In this document: positions 20,552 to 31,223 of the stretch, in pieces
Layout: every line of letters starts with the position of its first letter
How positions within the stretch are numbered: position 1 is the stretch's first letter
Virus record (IMG/VR): IMGVR_UViG_3300044825_001821
Location: 96,001-160,000 of that record
From: a virus
Length of the DNA stretch: 64,000 nucleotides
Direction: 5' to 3' (one strand)
The notes under the pieces: model-generated
What the model was told of the DNA's origin: nothing
Databases searched by the model: none
Seen by the model: the letters and a program-made list of their open reading frames with translations, nothing else
Translations under genes and position numbers: made by a program

Positions 20552-21502
20552 ATGTCAATAAACACAAGACAACAATTCAAAGATTACTGCCTACGCCGAC
20601 TTGGCTGGCCAGTAATTGAAATCAACGTTGATGATGACCAAGTTGATGATCGCATTGATGATGCGCTAAACTTTTGGCGTGATTATCACTATGATGGAAC
20701 AGAAAAACTGTTCATGAAACATCAAATCACTCAAGCAGATATTGATCGTCAGTGGATTTACTGTCCTGATGCGGTACAATTTGTCACAGGCATTTTTTCA
20801 TTTGACCAGTCAAACGCATCAATCAATATGTTTGACTTGCGTTATCAATTGCGTCTACACGATCTCTATGACTTCACATCGGTATCGTATGTGTCATACG
20901 AAATCACAATGCAGCATTTACGTACATTGAATCTGTTATTCTCTGGCACACCACAGTTCAGATTCAATCGTCATCAGAACAAAGTGTTTCTTGATATTGA
21001 TTGGACAAGGGATGTAGAACCTGGTGATTGGGTTATTATTGAGTGTTATCGCACAGTTCGTCCAGAAACAGTTACACTAACTGGCACAGTATCAGGCACA
21101 CCAGCATCAAATACAATCACAGGTTATGGCACTAAGTTTGATCAAGAGATTGTCCCTTATGATTTTATTACCATTGGTACAGAATCAAAGCAAGTCGGTA
21201 ACATTGTGTCACCAACAAGTCTGGTATTGATCGGTCCACCAACACTGACACATAATAACTCAGCAATTCAAATTGAAGGCACAACTGATGTGTGGAACGA
21301 CCGTTTTCTAAAACAGTTAGCAACTGCAAAAATCAAACAGCAGTGGGGTAACAATCTTAAAAAGTTTGAAGGTATTCAAATGCCAGGTGGTGTTACACTC
21401 AACGGTCAAAAGATTTATGATGAAGCATCCGAAGAAATCAAAGAAATGGAAGAACAGATTTACATGATGGGTTCACTGCCGTCTGAAATCTTTACTGGCT
21501 AA
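20552..21502 (+). CDS. gp13: Neck protein gp13
   Basis: YCLRRLGWPVIEINVDDDQV; KQQWGNNLKKFEGIQMPGGVTLNGQKIYDEA. Confidence 0.92.
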   Translation: MSINTRQQFKDYCLRRLGWPVIEINVDDDQVDDRIDDALNFWRDYHYDGTEKLFMKHQITQADIDRQWIYCPDAVQFVTGIFSFDQSNASINMFDLRYQLRLHDLYDFTSVSYVSYEITMQHLRTLNLLFSGTPQFRFNRHQNKVFLDIDWTRDVEPGDWVIIECYRTVRPETVTLTGTVSGTPASNTITGYGTKFDQEIVPYDFITIGTESKQVGNIVSPTSLVLIGPPTLTHNNSAIQIEGTTDVWNDRFLKQLATAKIKQQWGNNLKKFEGIQMPGGVTLNGQKIYDEASEEIKEMEEQIYMMGSLPSEIFTG

Positions 21503-22404
21503 TGGCAACTAATTTTTATTTTAATAATTTTCCAACAAGACTTGCAGATGCTCCTGTAACACCGGAGCAACTGCTTGTTGAAGATTTGGTAATTGAAGCA
21601 CTCAAGATTTATGGTCTTGATGTATATTATTTGCCACGTACAACACGTGATCAAGTAGATTATTTGTTTGGTGAAGATACATTAAAAGAATATCGCACCG
21701 CACATGCTATTGAAATGTATTTGGAAAATGTAACTGGCTTTGATGGTGAGCAAGACTTTATATCTAAATTTGGTTTAGAAATTCGTGATGAAGTAACCAT
21801 GTTAATTTCAAGACTAAGATTTAGATATACAGTTAATGGTTATACACGACCACGTGAAGGTGATTTGGTTTATATACCAATGACTACTAGTTTTTTTGAA
21901 ATTACAAGTGTTGAAAATGAAAACGATCAAGCAATGTTTTATACATTAGGCCGTGGTCGTGGCGGTAATGTTTATGTTTATGCTTTAAAAATGAAACAGT
22001 TTTATTTTTCAAATGAAATTATTGAAACTGGTGTAAAAGATATTGACAATAACATTCGTAATTACTATCCAAAACTACGTATTTCGTTAGGTTCAGGTTC
22101 AGGTAAGTTTGTAAATGATGAAATTGTTTATCAAGGTTCATCATTATCTACCGCAACAGCACAAGCATTAGTATATGATTTTGAACCAAACGCATACATC
22201 GATGTGTATCGTATGCAAGGCGATTTTACTGCGTCGGCTAATGTAAAAGGCAACACAAGTTCGGCACAATGGACAGTGACACTTGCAACCGATGCACCAA
22301 CACAAAACAATGCATTTGAAGATATCATTGACAACGCACGTATCGAAGCAGCAAGTGATGGCATCATTGACTTTACGGAAGTCAATCCGTTTGGAGAACC
22401 GTAA
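21502..22404 (+). CDS. gp14: Neck protein gp14
   Basis: EQLLVEDLVIEALKIYGLDVYYLPR, RPREGDLVY, DFTEVNPFGE. Confidence 0.92.
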   Translation: MATNFYFNNFPTRLADAPVTPEQLLVEDLVIEALKIYGLDVYYLPRTTRDQVDYLFGEDTLKEYRTAHAIEMYLENVTGFDGEQDFISKFGLEIRDEVTMLISRLRFRYTVNGYTRPREGDLVYIPMTTSFFEITSVENENDQAMFYTLGRGRGGNVYVYALKMKQFYFSNEIIETGVKDIDNNIRNYYPKLRISLGSGSGKFVNDEIVYQGSSLSTATAQALVYDFEPNAYIDVYRMQGDFTASANVKGNTSSAQWTVTLATDAPTQNNAFEDIIDNARIEAASDGIIDFTEVNPFGEP

Positions 22405-23405
22405 TGTTAGGTAATGCTCAGTTTTATCATCGCACGATTCGTAAAATGGTTGTGGTGTTTGGTACATTGTTTAATGATCTTGAGATTGTTCGTTATACAC
22501 AATCTGGTGTGCCAAAAGAAAAATTAAAAGTACCTCTTTCATATGGCCCGAAAGAAAGATATCTGACACAGATTACATCTGATCCTAATCTTATCAAGTC
22601 AGTCAACTCTGTGATACCAAGAATGTCATTCAATCTTGACAGTCTTGAATATGATGTGAGCCGAAAACAAATTTCTACTTTACAAAATTTTGCATCAGGA
22701 ACAAACACCGGGATAGCAACACAGTTTCTTCCTGTACCTTATAACTTTGAGTTTAGTTTGTCAATCTATGTACGTAATACAGAAGATGGCACACAGATAT
22801 TAGAACAGATTCTACCATTTTTCACACCAGATTTTAGTGTGGTCGTAGATTTTATTCCGTCGATGGGTCAAAAATACACTGTGCCTATCATACTTAATTC
22901 TGTTGCGTCTACAGTTGAGTATGAAGGTGGTATGTCTGATGGTACAACAAGAATTATTTTGTGGGATTTAAATTTTACAGCCAAGAGTTTCATCTGGCCA
23001 CCTGTTAAGTCTGGCAAGATTATTAATCAAGCCAATACTAATCTTAATATTGACCTCACATCTAAAGAACTACAAAAAATTTACGTTGATTATGCAAATG
23101 GTAATAACGTATTTACGACAGGTGAAACAGTTCGTGATACTGCAAATGGGTTTATTGGTACTGTAGAATACTTTAGTAACACAGCAACCGGTACACTTGT
23201 TGTTACTGGTGGCAACAAATATATCGAAAAAGGTTACACACTTACAGGCGATTACTCAGGGGCTTCTTATAACGTTGCAACTCTTGACATCAACTCTGTC
23301 AACGCTACTGCCGTTATTACCGAGCCTACGCCAAATACAGCATTACCAAACACTAACTATGGCTACATTGAAACAATTAAAGAGTGGCCTGATACATTAT
23401 CATGA
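22404..23405 (+). CDS. gp15: Tail sheath stabiliser/terminator gp15
   Basis: FYHRTIRK..V.FGTLFN, KVPLSYGPKE, PRMSF, QILEQILPFFTP. Confidence 0.92.
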   Translation: MLGNAQFYHRTIRKMVVVFGTLFNDLEIVRYTQSGVPKEKLKVPLSYGPKERYLTQITSDPNLIKSVNSVIPRMSFNLDSLEYDVSRKQISTLQNFASGTNTGIATQFLPVPYNFEFSLSIYVRNTEDGTQILEQILPFFTPDFSVVVDFIPSMGQKYTVPIILNSVASTVEYEGGMSDGTTRIILWDLNFTAKSFIWPPVKSGKIINQANTNLNIDLTSKELQKIYVDYANGNNVFTTGETVRDTANGFIGTVEYFSNTATGTLVVTGGNKYIEKGYTLTGDYSGASYNVATLDINSVNATAVITEPTPNTALPNTNYGYIETIKEWPDTLS

Positions 23406-23803
23406 AAAAATTAAATAAAAATTTGTCTGAAATCTTTGACGTTGAACCTATACAGGAACAAACTGTAGAAACTTTGCCTGTTGTTATTGATAATAACGTA
23501 AATCAGATTGATGCTGATGCTGAGTTTGCACGTACCAATATGCGTGAGTTAATCAACAATGGTAACAAAGCATTAGGTGAATTAGCATCTGTTGCTAATC
23601 AATCGGAATCACCAAGAGCATATGAAGTCTTAGCCACAATGATGAAGAATTTGGCTGAGATGAATAAAGATTTGTTGGAACTTCAGAAAAGAAAAAGAGA
23701 GCTTGCACCCCAATCTGAATCCACAAAAGGAGTCAACATAGATAAAGCAGTGTTTGTTGGCTCCACAACCGAACTTTTAAAAATGATTAAATCAAATAAA
23801 TAA
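23402..23803 (+). CDS. gp16: Terminase small subunit gp16
   Basis: SESPRAYEVLA and VFVGSTTELLK motifs; synteny. Confidence 0.9.
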   Translation: MKKLNKNLSEIFDVEPIQEQTVETLPVVIDNNVNQIDADAEFARTNMRELINNGNKALGELASVANQSESPRAYEVLATMMKNLAEMNKDLLELQKRKRELAPQSESTKGVNIDKAVFVGSTTELLKMIKSNK

Positions 23804-23807
23804 GACT

Positions 23808-24242
23808 ATGGAACAATTAATCGAACAAATGAAAGTGATTTTGGGAACAAACTTCGGTTTGTATTTCAAGGCACATACTTTTCACTGGAATGTGGAAGGA
23901 CCAGACTTTGCACAATATCACGGATTCTTAGGCGACTTCTATGATTCTGTGTTCGATCAAACAGATTCTATTGCCGAACATATTCGTGCATTAGGTTCTT
24001 ATGCACCGACAACACTTGCACGAATGATGGAACTTTCTAAAGTACAAGACATCGTTGCTATACCGTCACCTCTTGTTATGATGTCCGAACTTGCTCAAGA
24101 TAACGACAAATACATTATGGAATTACGTGCAGGTATTGCAATTGCAGATGCAGCAGATGAACCTGCTGTTGGTAACTTTTTACAAGACATTCTTGATGCA
24201 CATCAAAAGCATGGCTGGATGCTAAAGAGTTTTACAAAATAA
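23808..24242 (+). CDS. dps: Dps / mini-ferritin
   Basis: Dps signature HWNVEGPDF..YH...DSIAEHIRALG and KHGWML; ferroxidase H/H/D/E residues present. Confidence 0.9.
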   Translation: MEQLIEQMKVILGTNFGLYFKAHTFHWNVEGPDFAQYHGFLGDFYDSVFDQTDSIAEHIRALGSYAPTTLARMMELSKVQDIVAIPSPLVMMSELAQDNDKYIMELRAGIAIADAADEPAVGNFLQDILDAHQKHGWMLKSFTK

Positions 24243-24245
24243 AAT

Positions 24246-25877
24246 ATGGATGACGGATATCTTGGTAATGCAAGACTAAAAAGAGTTGGTGTTGAATTAT
24301 CCCTCACAGAAGATCAAGTAAAAGAATTTGCAAAGTGTGCCGAAGATCCGGTATACTTTATTCGCAATTACGTAAAGATTGTCAACGTTGACCGTGGACT
24401 AGTCCCGTTTGAAATGTGGGGCTTTCAAGAAGATATGGTCAAAACGTTTCACGAAAATCGTTTCTGCATTGCAAAAATGCCACGACAGGTTGGTAAGACA
24501 ACCACTACTGTCGGTTACATGTTATGGTGTGCATTGTTCAATGAAGAGTTTGTGATCGGTATTCTTGCAAACAAACTTCAACTTGCACAAGATATTCTAG
24601 CAAAGATTCAAAAGGCATATGAATATCTTCCACATTGGCTTCAACAAGGTATTATTAATTGGAACAAACGTTCAATTGAATTGGAAAATGGTTCTAAAAT
24701 TTATGCATATGCAACATCAAATTCTGGAGTTCGAGGTGGCACGTACAATCTAATCTTTCTTGATGAGTTTGCATTCGTGCCACATAACATGGCAGTAGAC
24801 TTTTTTACTTCTACTTACCCCGTTATCTCATCAGGTAAAACAACAAAAGTTATTATTGTTTCTACACCAAATGGCTTGAATCTATTCTATAAAATGTGGA
24901 TGGATGCTATTGAAAATCGTTCTCTTTACAAGACGCTTGAAGTTCACTGGTCACAAGTACCGGGTCGTGATCAAACATGGAAAGAAGAGACAATACGAAA
25001 TACCTCCGAAGAGCAGTTTCGTCAAGAGTTTGAGACTGAGTTTATTGGCTCAGCCGCAACGCTCATCTCAGGTTCTAAATTGCGTTCACTTGCATTCAAT
25101 GATCCAATGCGAATTGAAGATGATGGTCACCTCTTTATCTATGAAGATGCACGCCCAGGGCGTATCTATATTGCCACAGTAGACTGTGCCGAAGGTGTTG
25201 CTTTGGATTATCATACCATTAATGTGGTTGATGCTACTGAAGCACCTTATAAACAAGTTGCTGTTTATCGTAATAATAAGCTACCTTTGTTATTTTTACC
25301 AACAGTAATATACTCTTTAGCCAATCGATATAATCAAGCCTATGTGCTTATTGAAACTAACAACGTTGGTCAGCAAGTGGTAGACATTTTACACTATGAT
25401 TTAGAGTATGAGAACATCTATAAGTTGGAACATCATCATATCAAAGGTCAGAGTATCTCTGCTGGTTTCAAACGCTCGGTGGCTTTTGGTGTAAAGACAA
25501 CCAAATCTGTCAAGAAAATTGGTTGTGCCAACCTAAAAACGTTGGTAGAAAACGACAAATTAATTATTCGTGACTTTAATACCATTGCCGAACTGAATAC
25601 TTTTGTCAGAACTAAAGACACTTATGCTGCCGAAGAAGGCAATAATGATGATATCGTCATGGGTCTGGTGCTCTACGCATGGCTGACAGCACAGACTTTC
25701 TTCAAAGATGAGACAAGAATTGATATTCGTAAAATTATGTTAGAAGAACAACAGATGTTGGGTGAAGAAAATATGCTACCATTTGGCTTTATTGAAGATG
25801 GATTGCGTAGGGAAGTTGAGGTGGAAGATGGAGATATGTGGGAGCCGCCAGCGGGCTATTTATCATCAAGTTTGTAA
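24246..25877 (+). CDS. gp17: Terminase large subunit gp17
   Basis: Walker A PRQVGKTT, Walker B IFLDEFAF, STPNG, nuclease NDDIVM. Confidence 0.97.
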   Translation: MDDGYLGNARLKRVGVELSLTEDQVKEFAKCAEDPVYFIRNYVKIVNVDRGLVPFEMWGFQEDMVKTFHENRFCIAKMPRQVGKTTTTVGYMLWCALFNEEFVIGILANKLQLAQDILAKIQKAYEYLPHWLQQGIINWNKRSIELENGSKIYAYATSNSGVRGGTYNLIFLDEFAFVPHNMAVDFFTSTYPVISSGKTTKVIIVSTPNGLNLFYKMWMDAIENRSLYKTLEVHWSQVPGRDQTWKEETIRNTSEEQFRQEFETEFIGSAATLISGSKLRSLAFNDPMRIEDDGHLFIYEDARPGRIYIATVDCAEGVALDYHTINVVDATEAPYKQVAVYRNNKLPLLFLPTVIYSLANRYNQAYVLIETNNVGQQVVDILHYDLEYENIYKLEHHHIKGQSISAGFKRSVAFGVKTTKSVKKIGCANLKTLVENDKLIIRDFNTIAELNTFVRTKDTYAAEEGNNDDIVMGLVLYAWLTAQTFFKDETRIDIRKIMLEEQQMLGEENMLPFGFIEDGLRREVEVEDGDMWEPPAGYLSSSL

Positions 25878-25880
25878 AAA

Positions 25881-25888
25881 ACTAAATA
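25881..25888 (+). promoter_or_regulatory. Late promoter variant ACTAAATA upstream of gp18
   Basis: Intergenic, at the position where T4-like phages carry a late promoter. Confidence 0.65.
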
Positions 25889-25932
25889 GACAATAAAAAG
25901 AAAATTGACCCAACAATAAAAGGAGAAATCCA

Positions 25933-27621
25933 ATGGCATTTCAATTATCACCTGGAGTGAATGTATCAGAGATCGATCTGACTACAGTTATTCCTTCAGT
26001 TGCCACTTCTACTGGCGCTTTCGTAGGACCTTTTAATTGGGGACCATGTGGTGTTGTAACAACTATTTCCGATGAAGTTCGACTTGTGGACACATTCGGC
26101 AAACCAGACGAAAATAATTATGAATATTGGTTCTCTGCTGCGAACTTCCTAGCATATGGCAACAATATTAAAGTCGTTCGTGCCGTACCAAGCACAGGCA
26201 TAAACTCTTCAGCAAACGGAACTGGCTTGGTTATCAAAAATGAAGATGACTATTACGATAATCATACCGGTTATACAGATGGCGCATGGGGTGGATGGGT
26301 TGCTCGTTGGCCTGGCGCTTTAGGTAACTCTCTAAAAATTTCTGTGGCCGATCTTGGAACGTTTGGTACATGGCCATATCGTACACAATTCACTGCAAAC
26401 ACTGGAACATCAACATATGTTTCAAATAAAGGTGGTGCAAATGACGAAGTTCACATTGTTGTTGTTGACGAAGATGGTTTGTGGTCAGGCACAGCAGGTA
26501 CAGTGTTAGAAAAATATGCATTTGTTTCAAAAGCATCCGATGCAAAAGATGATACTGGTAACTCAAATTACTATAAAGATGTTATCAATAAAAAATCAAA
26601 GTATGTATGGTGGGTTGCACATCCAGCAACAGCAAACCTAAGTTCTGGTACAGCATGGGGTTCAACTGCAAATGCTACAGCATTTAAAATAACCACAGCG
26701 AACGTTGTTTATTCGTTTGGTTCTGGTTCAGATGGTATCGTGGGTTCATCACAGATTACATCTGGTTGGGATTTATTCAAAAATACAGAAGCAGTTGACA
26801 TTTCACTTTGTGTAACTGGAACTGGTAATGAAACTGTTGCCGACTATGTGATCAGTAACATTGCTGAAACTCGTAAAGATTGTGTTGTTTTTCTTTCACC
26901 AGAAAAATCAAACTGCGTAGACAATGCAGGAAACGAAGCATCATCGATTTCAAATTTCAGTGACACAATTACGAAGTCATCATATGCCGTAATGGATTCT
27001 GGTTACAAATATCAGTATGACAAATACAAAGACGTATATCGTTGGGTTCCTCTGAACGGTGATATTGCTGGTTTGTGTGTACGCACCGATACACAAAATG
27101 ATCCTTGGTTCTCACCAGGTGGTATGAATCGTGGTCAAATTAAAAACGTAATCAAGCTGGCATGGAATCCTACTAAGGCAGAACGTGATACTCTTTATAC
27201 AAAAGGTGTTAACCCTGTTGTATCGTTCCCAGGTGAAGGCACAGTTCTTTTTGGAGACAAAACTCTGTTAGCAAAACCAAGTGCATTTGATCGTATCAAC
27301 GTTCGTCGTTTGTTCATTACACTTGAAAAAGCAATTGCACGTGCTGCTCGTTTCTCACTGTTCGAATTCAATGATCAGTTTACACGTGCTCAGTTTGTTG
27401 CATTAGTAGAACCATTCCTGCGTGATGTTCAAGGTCGTCGTGGTATCACTGACTTCCGTGTAGTCTGCGATGAAACAAACAACACAGCAGAAATTATTGA
27501 CCGTAATGAATTTGTTGGTGACATTTACATTAAACCTGCTCGTTCTATCAACTTCATTCAACTTAACTTTGTTGCAGTACGTACAGGTGTAAGTTTCAAT
27601 GAGGTCGTGGGCGCAGTTTAA
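25933..27621 (+). CDS. gp18: Tail sheath protein gp18
   Basis: SPGVNVSEIDLT, WFSPGG.NRG, FDRINVRRLF, KPARSINFIQLNFVA. Confidence 0.97.
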   Translation: MAFQLSPGVNVSEIDLTTVIPSVATSTGAFVGPFNWGPCGVVTTISDEVRLVDTFGKPDENNYEYWFSAANFLAYGNNIKVVRAVPSTGINSSANGTGLVIKNEDDYYDNHTGYTDGAWGGWVARWPGALGNSLKISVADLGTFGTWPYRTQFTANTGTSTYVSNKGGANDEVHIVVVDEDGLWSGTAGTVLEKYAFVSKASDAKDDTGNSNYYKDVINKKSKYVWWVAHPATANLSSGTAWGSTANATAFKITTANVVYSFGSGSDGIVGSSQITSGWDLFKNTEAVDISLCVTGTGNETVADYVISNIAETRKDCVVFLSPEKSNCVDNAGNEASSISNFSDTITKSSYAVMDSGYKYQYDKYKDVYRWVPLNGDIAGLCVRTDTQNDPWFSPGGMNRGQIKNVIKLAWNPTKAERDTLYTKGVNPVVSFPGEGTVLFGDKTLLAKPSAFDRINVRRLFITLEKAIARAARFSLFEFNDQFTRAQFVALVEPFLRDVQGRRGITDFRVVCDETNNTAEIIDRNEFVGDIYIKPARSINFIQLNFVAVRTGVSFNEVVGAV

Positions 27622-27646
27622 ATAAAGAGAAACAGGAGAAAATTAA

Positions 27647-28192
27647 ATGGCATTTAACGTAAATCAATTCCGTTCACAATTACAAGGTGACGGTGCCCGC
27701 CCAAATCTATTTGAGGTATCAATGCCGTTTCCTGCGTTCTCAATACCAGGAAACGCACAAACAAAAATGACGTTCATGTGTAAGACAGCACAACTTCCAG
27801 GGGCAACTCTGGGCGTTGTGCCAGTTCAATACTTTGGTCGTGAATTAAAGTTTGTAGGTAATCGTACATTTGCTGACTGGACAGTAACAATTATCAACGA
27901 CGAAGATTTCGTAGTACGTAATGCATTCGAGCGTTGGATGAATGGTATCAACAGTCATAATTTGAATGTACGTAATCCATTGGCAACTACACCTCTAGGA
28001 TATACTCAAAATGGTGAGGTTACACAGTTTGGTAAATCTGGTAACCCAATCAAGAAATATAAATTTGTTGGCCTATTCCCAACTGACATCACTCCAATTG
28101 ATGTTGATTGGGGTTCAAATGATACGATTGAAGAGTTTTCTGTAACTCTGACCTACCAGTGGTGGGAAGCAGTTGCAGATGGTGTGATCTAA
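27647..28192 (+). CDS. gp19: Tail tube protein gp19
   Basis: GARPNLFEV, GRELKFVGNRTFADWTVT, IEEFSVTL.YQWW. Confidence 0.95.
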   Translation: MAFNVNQFRSQLQGDGARPNLFEVSMPFPAFSIPGNAQTKMTFMCKTAQLPGATLGVVPVQYFGRELKFVGNRTFADWTVTIINDEDFVVRNAFERWMNGINSHNLNVRNPLATTPLGYTQNGEVTQFGKSGNPIKKYKFVGLFPTDITPIDVDWGSNDTIEEFSVTLTYQWWEAVADGVI

Positions 28193-28193
28193 G

Positions 28194-28220
28194 AGTAAGG
28201 GTGTTTTACCCTTACTTTTT
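28194..28220 (+). terminator. Rho-independent terminator after gp19
   Basis: agtaagggt-gtttt-acccttact plus TTTT. Confidence 0.8.
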
Positions 28221-28238
28221 AATTTAGGATGATATTTA

Positions 28239-29909
28239 ATGGCAATTAAACTATTTGGTTTCACATTTGGTGGAAGGGATGTCGTTAAGGCTGAGAAGCC
28301 CGAACAGGCATCCTTTACACTGCCTTCTGCTGCACAATTGGATGATGGTGCAGTTACAGTCACACAGAATGCTTACTACGGTACCTATGTTGACTTAGAA
28401 GGCTCAGTTCGTAATGAGATTGAACTTATCACAAGGTATCGTGAGATGTCCAATCATCCAGAATGTCAGATGGCAATTGATGAGATTGTCAATGAGGCCA
28501 TCACACACGACGATCAAGGCAGAGTTGTTGACATCGTTCTTGATAATCTAAAACAACCAGAGTCAATCAAGAAAAAAATTATTGAAGAGTTCAACAACGT
28601 TCAAAGAATGTTGAACTTTAATAATTTGGCTGACGATTTGTTCAAGCGTTGGTACATTGATGGTCGTATGTTCTATCATGTGGTAGTAAATGACAAACAA
28701 CCTAATCTTGGTATTCAAGAACTTAGATACATTGATCCACGTAAGATTCGTAAAGTACGTGAGATTAAAAAAGATCGTGACCCGAAAACGGGTGCAATGA
28801 TCATTGTGTCGGTTGCTGAATACTACGTTTATAATGACCGTGGTACAACAACACAAACATTTACCGCAAATGTAGGACAAGGACTCCGCATTGCACCAGA
28901 TTCAATTATTAATGTGAACTCTGGTCTGATGGATGCCAAGAATACATTTGTTATTTCATATCTACATAAAGCAATCAAACCTCTCAATCAACTTAGAATG
29001 ATTGAAGATGCGATTGTTATCTATCGTATTTCACGTGCGCCAGAACGCCGCATATTTTACATTGATGTAGGTAATTTACCACGTGGTAAAGCAGAACAAT
29101 ATCTGCGTGATATCATGATTAAGTACCGTAATAAACTCGTTTACGATGCCAACACAGGTGAGATTCGTGACGAGCGTAAGCACATGTCTATGCTGGAAGA
29201 TTTCTGGTTACCCCGCCGTGAAGGAGGGAAAGGTACAGAGATTACAACTCTACCAGCCGGACAAAATCTTGGTGAACTAGAGGATGTAAAGTATTTCCAA
29301 AAGAAATTGCTTCAGTCTCTAAATGTACCTTATTCACGCCTTGAGTCACAAGAAGGTGGACTTGCAGGGCTTGGTCGTTCACAAGAAGTTACACGTGATG
29401 AACTGAAGTTTGCCAAGTTTGTCATTCGTTTGCGTAATAAGTTTTCACAAGTGTTTGATGATGCATTGAGAATTCAATTGACACTCAAGGGCATCTGTAC
29501 ACGTGAAGAGTGGGATGAGTTCAAAGAAAACATTTACTACGACTTCCGTAAAGACAACAACTTTACCGAATTGCGTGAAGCAGAGTTACTACAAAACAGA
29601 TTACAAATGGTTGGTATGGTTGATCCATTTGTCGGTCGTTACTTCTCTAATAATTATGTCATGAACAAAATTCTCATGATGACTGATGAAGAGATTGAAG
29701 CGATGCAAGAAGAGATTCAAAAAGAAAAGGATACTTTACCTGATGACATGCAAGGACCAGTATTGGGTGGACCACCACAGGGTGCTGCACCACAAGCAGA
29801 GCCAGAAGATAACACGGTAGAGAATGCTGAACAACCTGAGTCACTGACACCTCAACTTGACGATGAGGTAAACAAGTCAGTGGTCAGCATAAATAATAGA
29901 CGCAGATAA
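28239..29909 (+). CDS. gp20: Portal vertex protein gp20
   Basis: YRISRAPERRIFYIDVGNLP, EDFWLPRREGGKGTEITTLP. Confidence 0.97.
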   Translation: MAIKLFGFTFGGRDVVKAEKPEQASFTLPSAAQLDDGAVTVTQNAYYGTYVDLEGSVRNEIELITRYREMSNHPECQMAIDEIVNEAITHDDQGRVVDIVLDNLKQPESIKKKIIEEFNNVQRMLNFNNLADDLFKRWYIDGRMFYHVVVNDKQPNLGIQELRYIDPRKIRKVREIKKDRDPKTGAMIIVSVAEYYVYNDRGTTTQTFTANVGQGLRIAPDSIINVNSGLMDAKNTFVISYLHKAIKPLNQLRMIEDAIVIYRISRAPERRIFYIDVGNLPRGKAEQYLRDIMIKYRNKLVYDANTGEIRDERKHMSMLEDFWLPRREGGKGTEITTLPAGQNLGELEDVKYFQKKLLQSLNVPYSRLESQEGGLAGLGRSQEVTRDELKFAKFVIRLRNKFSQVFDDALRIQLTLKGICTREEWDEFKENIYYDFRKDNNFTELREAELLQNRLQMVGMVDPFVGRYFSNNYVMNKILMMTDEEIEAMQEEIQKEKDTLPDDMQGPVLGGPPQGAAPQAEPEDNTVENAEQPESLTPQLDDEVNKSVVSINNRRR

Positions 29910-29920
29910 GAGAGGTTATT

Positions 29921-30127
29921 ATGGATATTCAAGACGTTATTAACAATATTGCTGCTGGTGATAGTGCCGCAGCCAAAGAAGGTATAGAAAATGTTTTATC
30001 AGCGAAAGCGTTCGATGCGCTCCAAGGTCGCAAACAAGAAATCGCTTCAACTCTTTTTGGCGGGAAAGAGCAAGAGTCTGAAGAAAACACAGACAATCAA
30101 GAGGCCGAAGAAGTAACTGAAGAATGA
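29921..30127 (+). CDS. Small acidic prohead core protein (gp67-like)
   Basis: Position after the portal gene; acidic tail; CATAAATA at 29888. Confidence 0.65.
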   Translation: MDIQDVINNIAAGDSAAAKEGIENVLSAKAFDALQGRKQEIASTLFGGKEQESEENTDNQEAEEVTEE

Positions 30128-30792
30128 AATCGTTACTAGAATTCAAATCTATCGTAGAAGAAGAGAAGTCGGACTATTCAAAGTTTGACGCTCTTGTACG
30201 TGCGGGTCTTGCAAACAAAGCACAGTTGGCACGTATTCATAAAATCTTAGACAAGATGGGAGAAGAGAAGCCAGTATTTAACAATGCTGACCGTGAGATT
30301 CTTCGCAATCTTTTCAATCGCATGGTAGATTTAGTTTCAAGTAAACAGATTTATGGTAAAGCAAGACAAGCAGTGCGTGAAGAATTAACCGAAGCGAAAA
30401 TGGACAGTGTGGGTAGTGCTTACCCATTGCTACCAGACCCACCTGCTGTATTAGTAATCAAACGTAAAGCGGTTAGATTATATCCAGATGGCACACGTAT
30501 TGCAATGTATTGGAGTGATAAATTAAAACGTGTGTTTAGTTTACCGTATGGTCCTGCTGTTGATCCAGTTGTTCAAGCGGAACAATATGTGCAAGAGTTT
30601 TTGCAAACAGAAGAACTATTATTAAATGATGGTAACAGATTGTCTTTAAGTGAAGAAACAAAACAACAAATTATAAACATTTACAGTAAGTTAGATGAAG
30701 AAAGTAAAGAAGTTTTTTGGCAAGAACTAACTGAATCTGTAATCACTTTTGGAAAACTAAATGAATTTTGTAGACTTAATTCTACAGAATAA
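30124..30792 (+). CDS. Hypothetical head-region protein
   Basis: 222 aa, coupled ORF in the head operon. Confidence 0.65.
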   Translation: MKSLLEFKSIVEEEKSDYSKFDALVRAGLANKAQLARIHKILDKMGEEKPVFNNADREILRNLFNRMVDLVSSKQIYGKARQAVREELTEAKMDSVGSAYPLLPDPPAVLVIKRKAVRLYPDGTRIAMYWSDKLKRVFSLPYGPAVDPVVQAEQYVQEFLQTEELLLNDGNRLSLSEETKQQIINIYSKLDEESKEVFWQELTESVITFGKLNEFCRLNSTE

Positions 30793-31222
30793 GTTAGACG
30801 AAGCCAAAGAGTTAATCTTTGCACGTTTAGATGACATTGCTTCTGTAAGATTAGAAGAAGCAAAGCCTTATGTTGTCGATGAAATGTTTGAAGAAATTGA
30901 AGTCGATGAAGATGTGCTAGAAGAGGCGGCTAAAAAACGCAATCCTAATGTTGTTAAGATGGGTCGCATTACAAAGATACGCCGTCGCATTCGTCGCAAT
31001 AAAAAAGGTAGAATAATCGTACAAAAAAATGTACGCAAATCAGGTATCAAAGGATATCGAATATCTGGTAATACAGTTAAACGTATACCAGCAACAGTAA
31101 GATTACGTAAAGCACGTTTATTAAAACGTTCTTGGAAAACAACAAGAAAAGCAAAACTAAGACGAACATTGTTAAAAAGAAAAATGTCAATGCGCCGTCG
31201 TAAATCTATGGGACTAAAATAA
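30761..31222 (+). CDS. Prohead core protein (gp68-like) with highly basic C-terminus
   Basis: Acidic N-half and Arg/Lys-rich C-half (RKMSMRRRKSMGL); position before gp21. Confidence 0.65.
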   Translation: MNFVDLILQNKLDEAKELIFARLDDIASVRLEEAKPYVVDEMFEEIEVDEDVLEEAAKKRNPNVVKMGRITKIRRRIRRNKKGRIIVQKNVRKSGIKGYRISGNTVKRIPATVRLRKARLLKRSWKTTRKAKLRRTLLKRKMSMRRRKSMGLK

Positions 31223-31223
31223 A

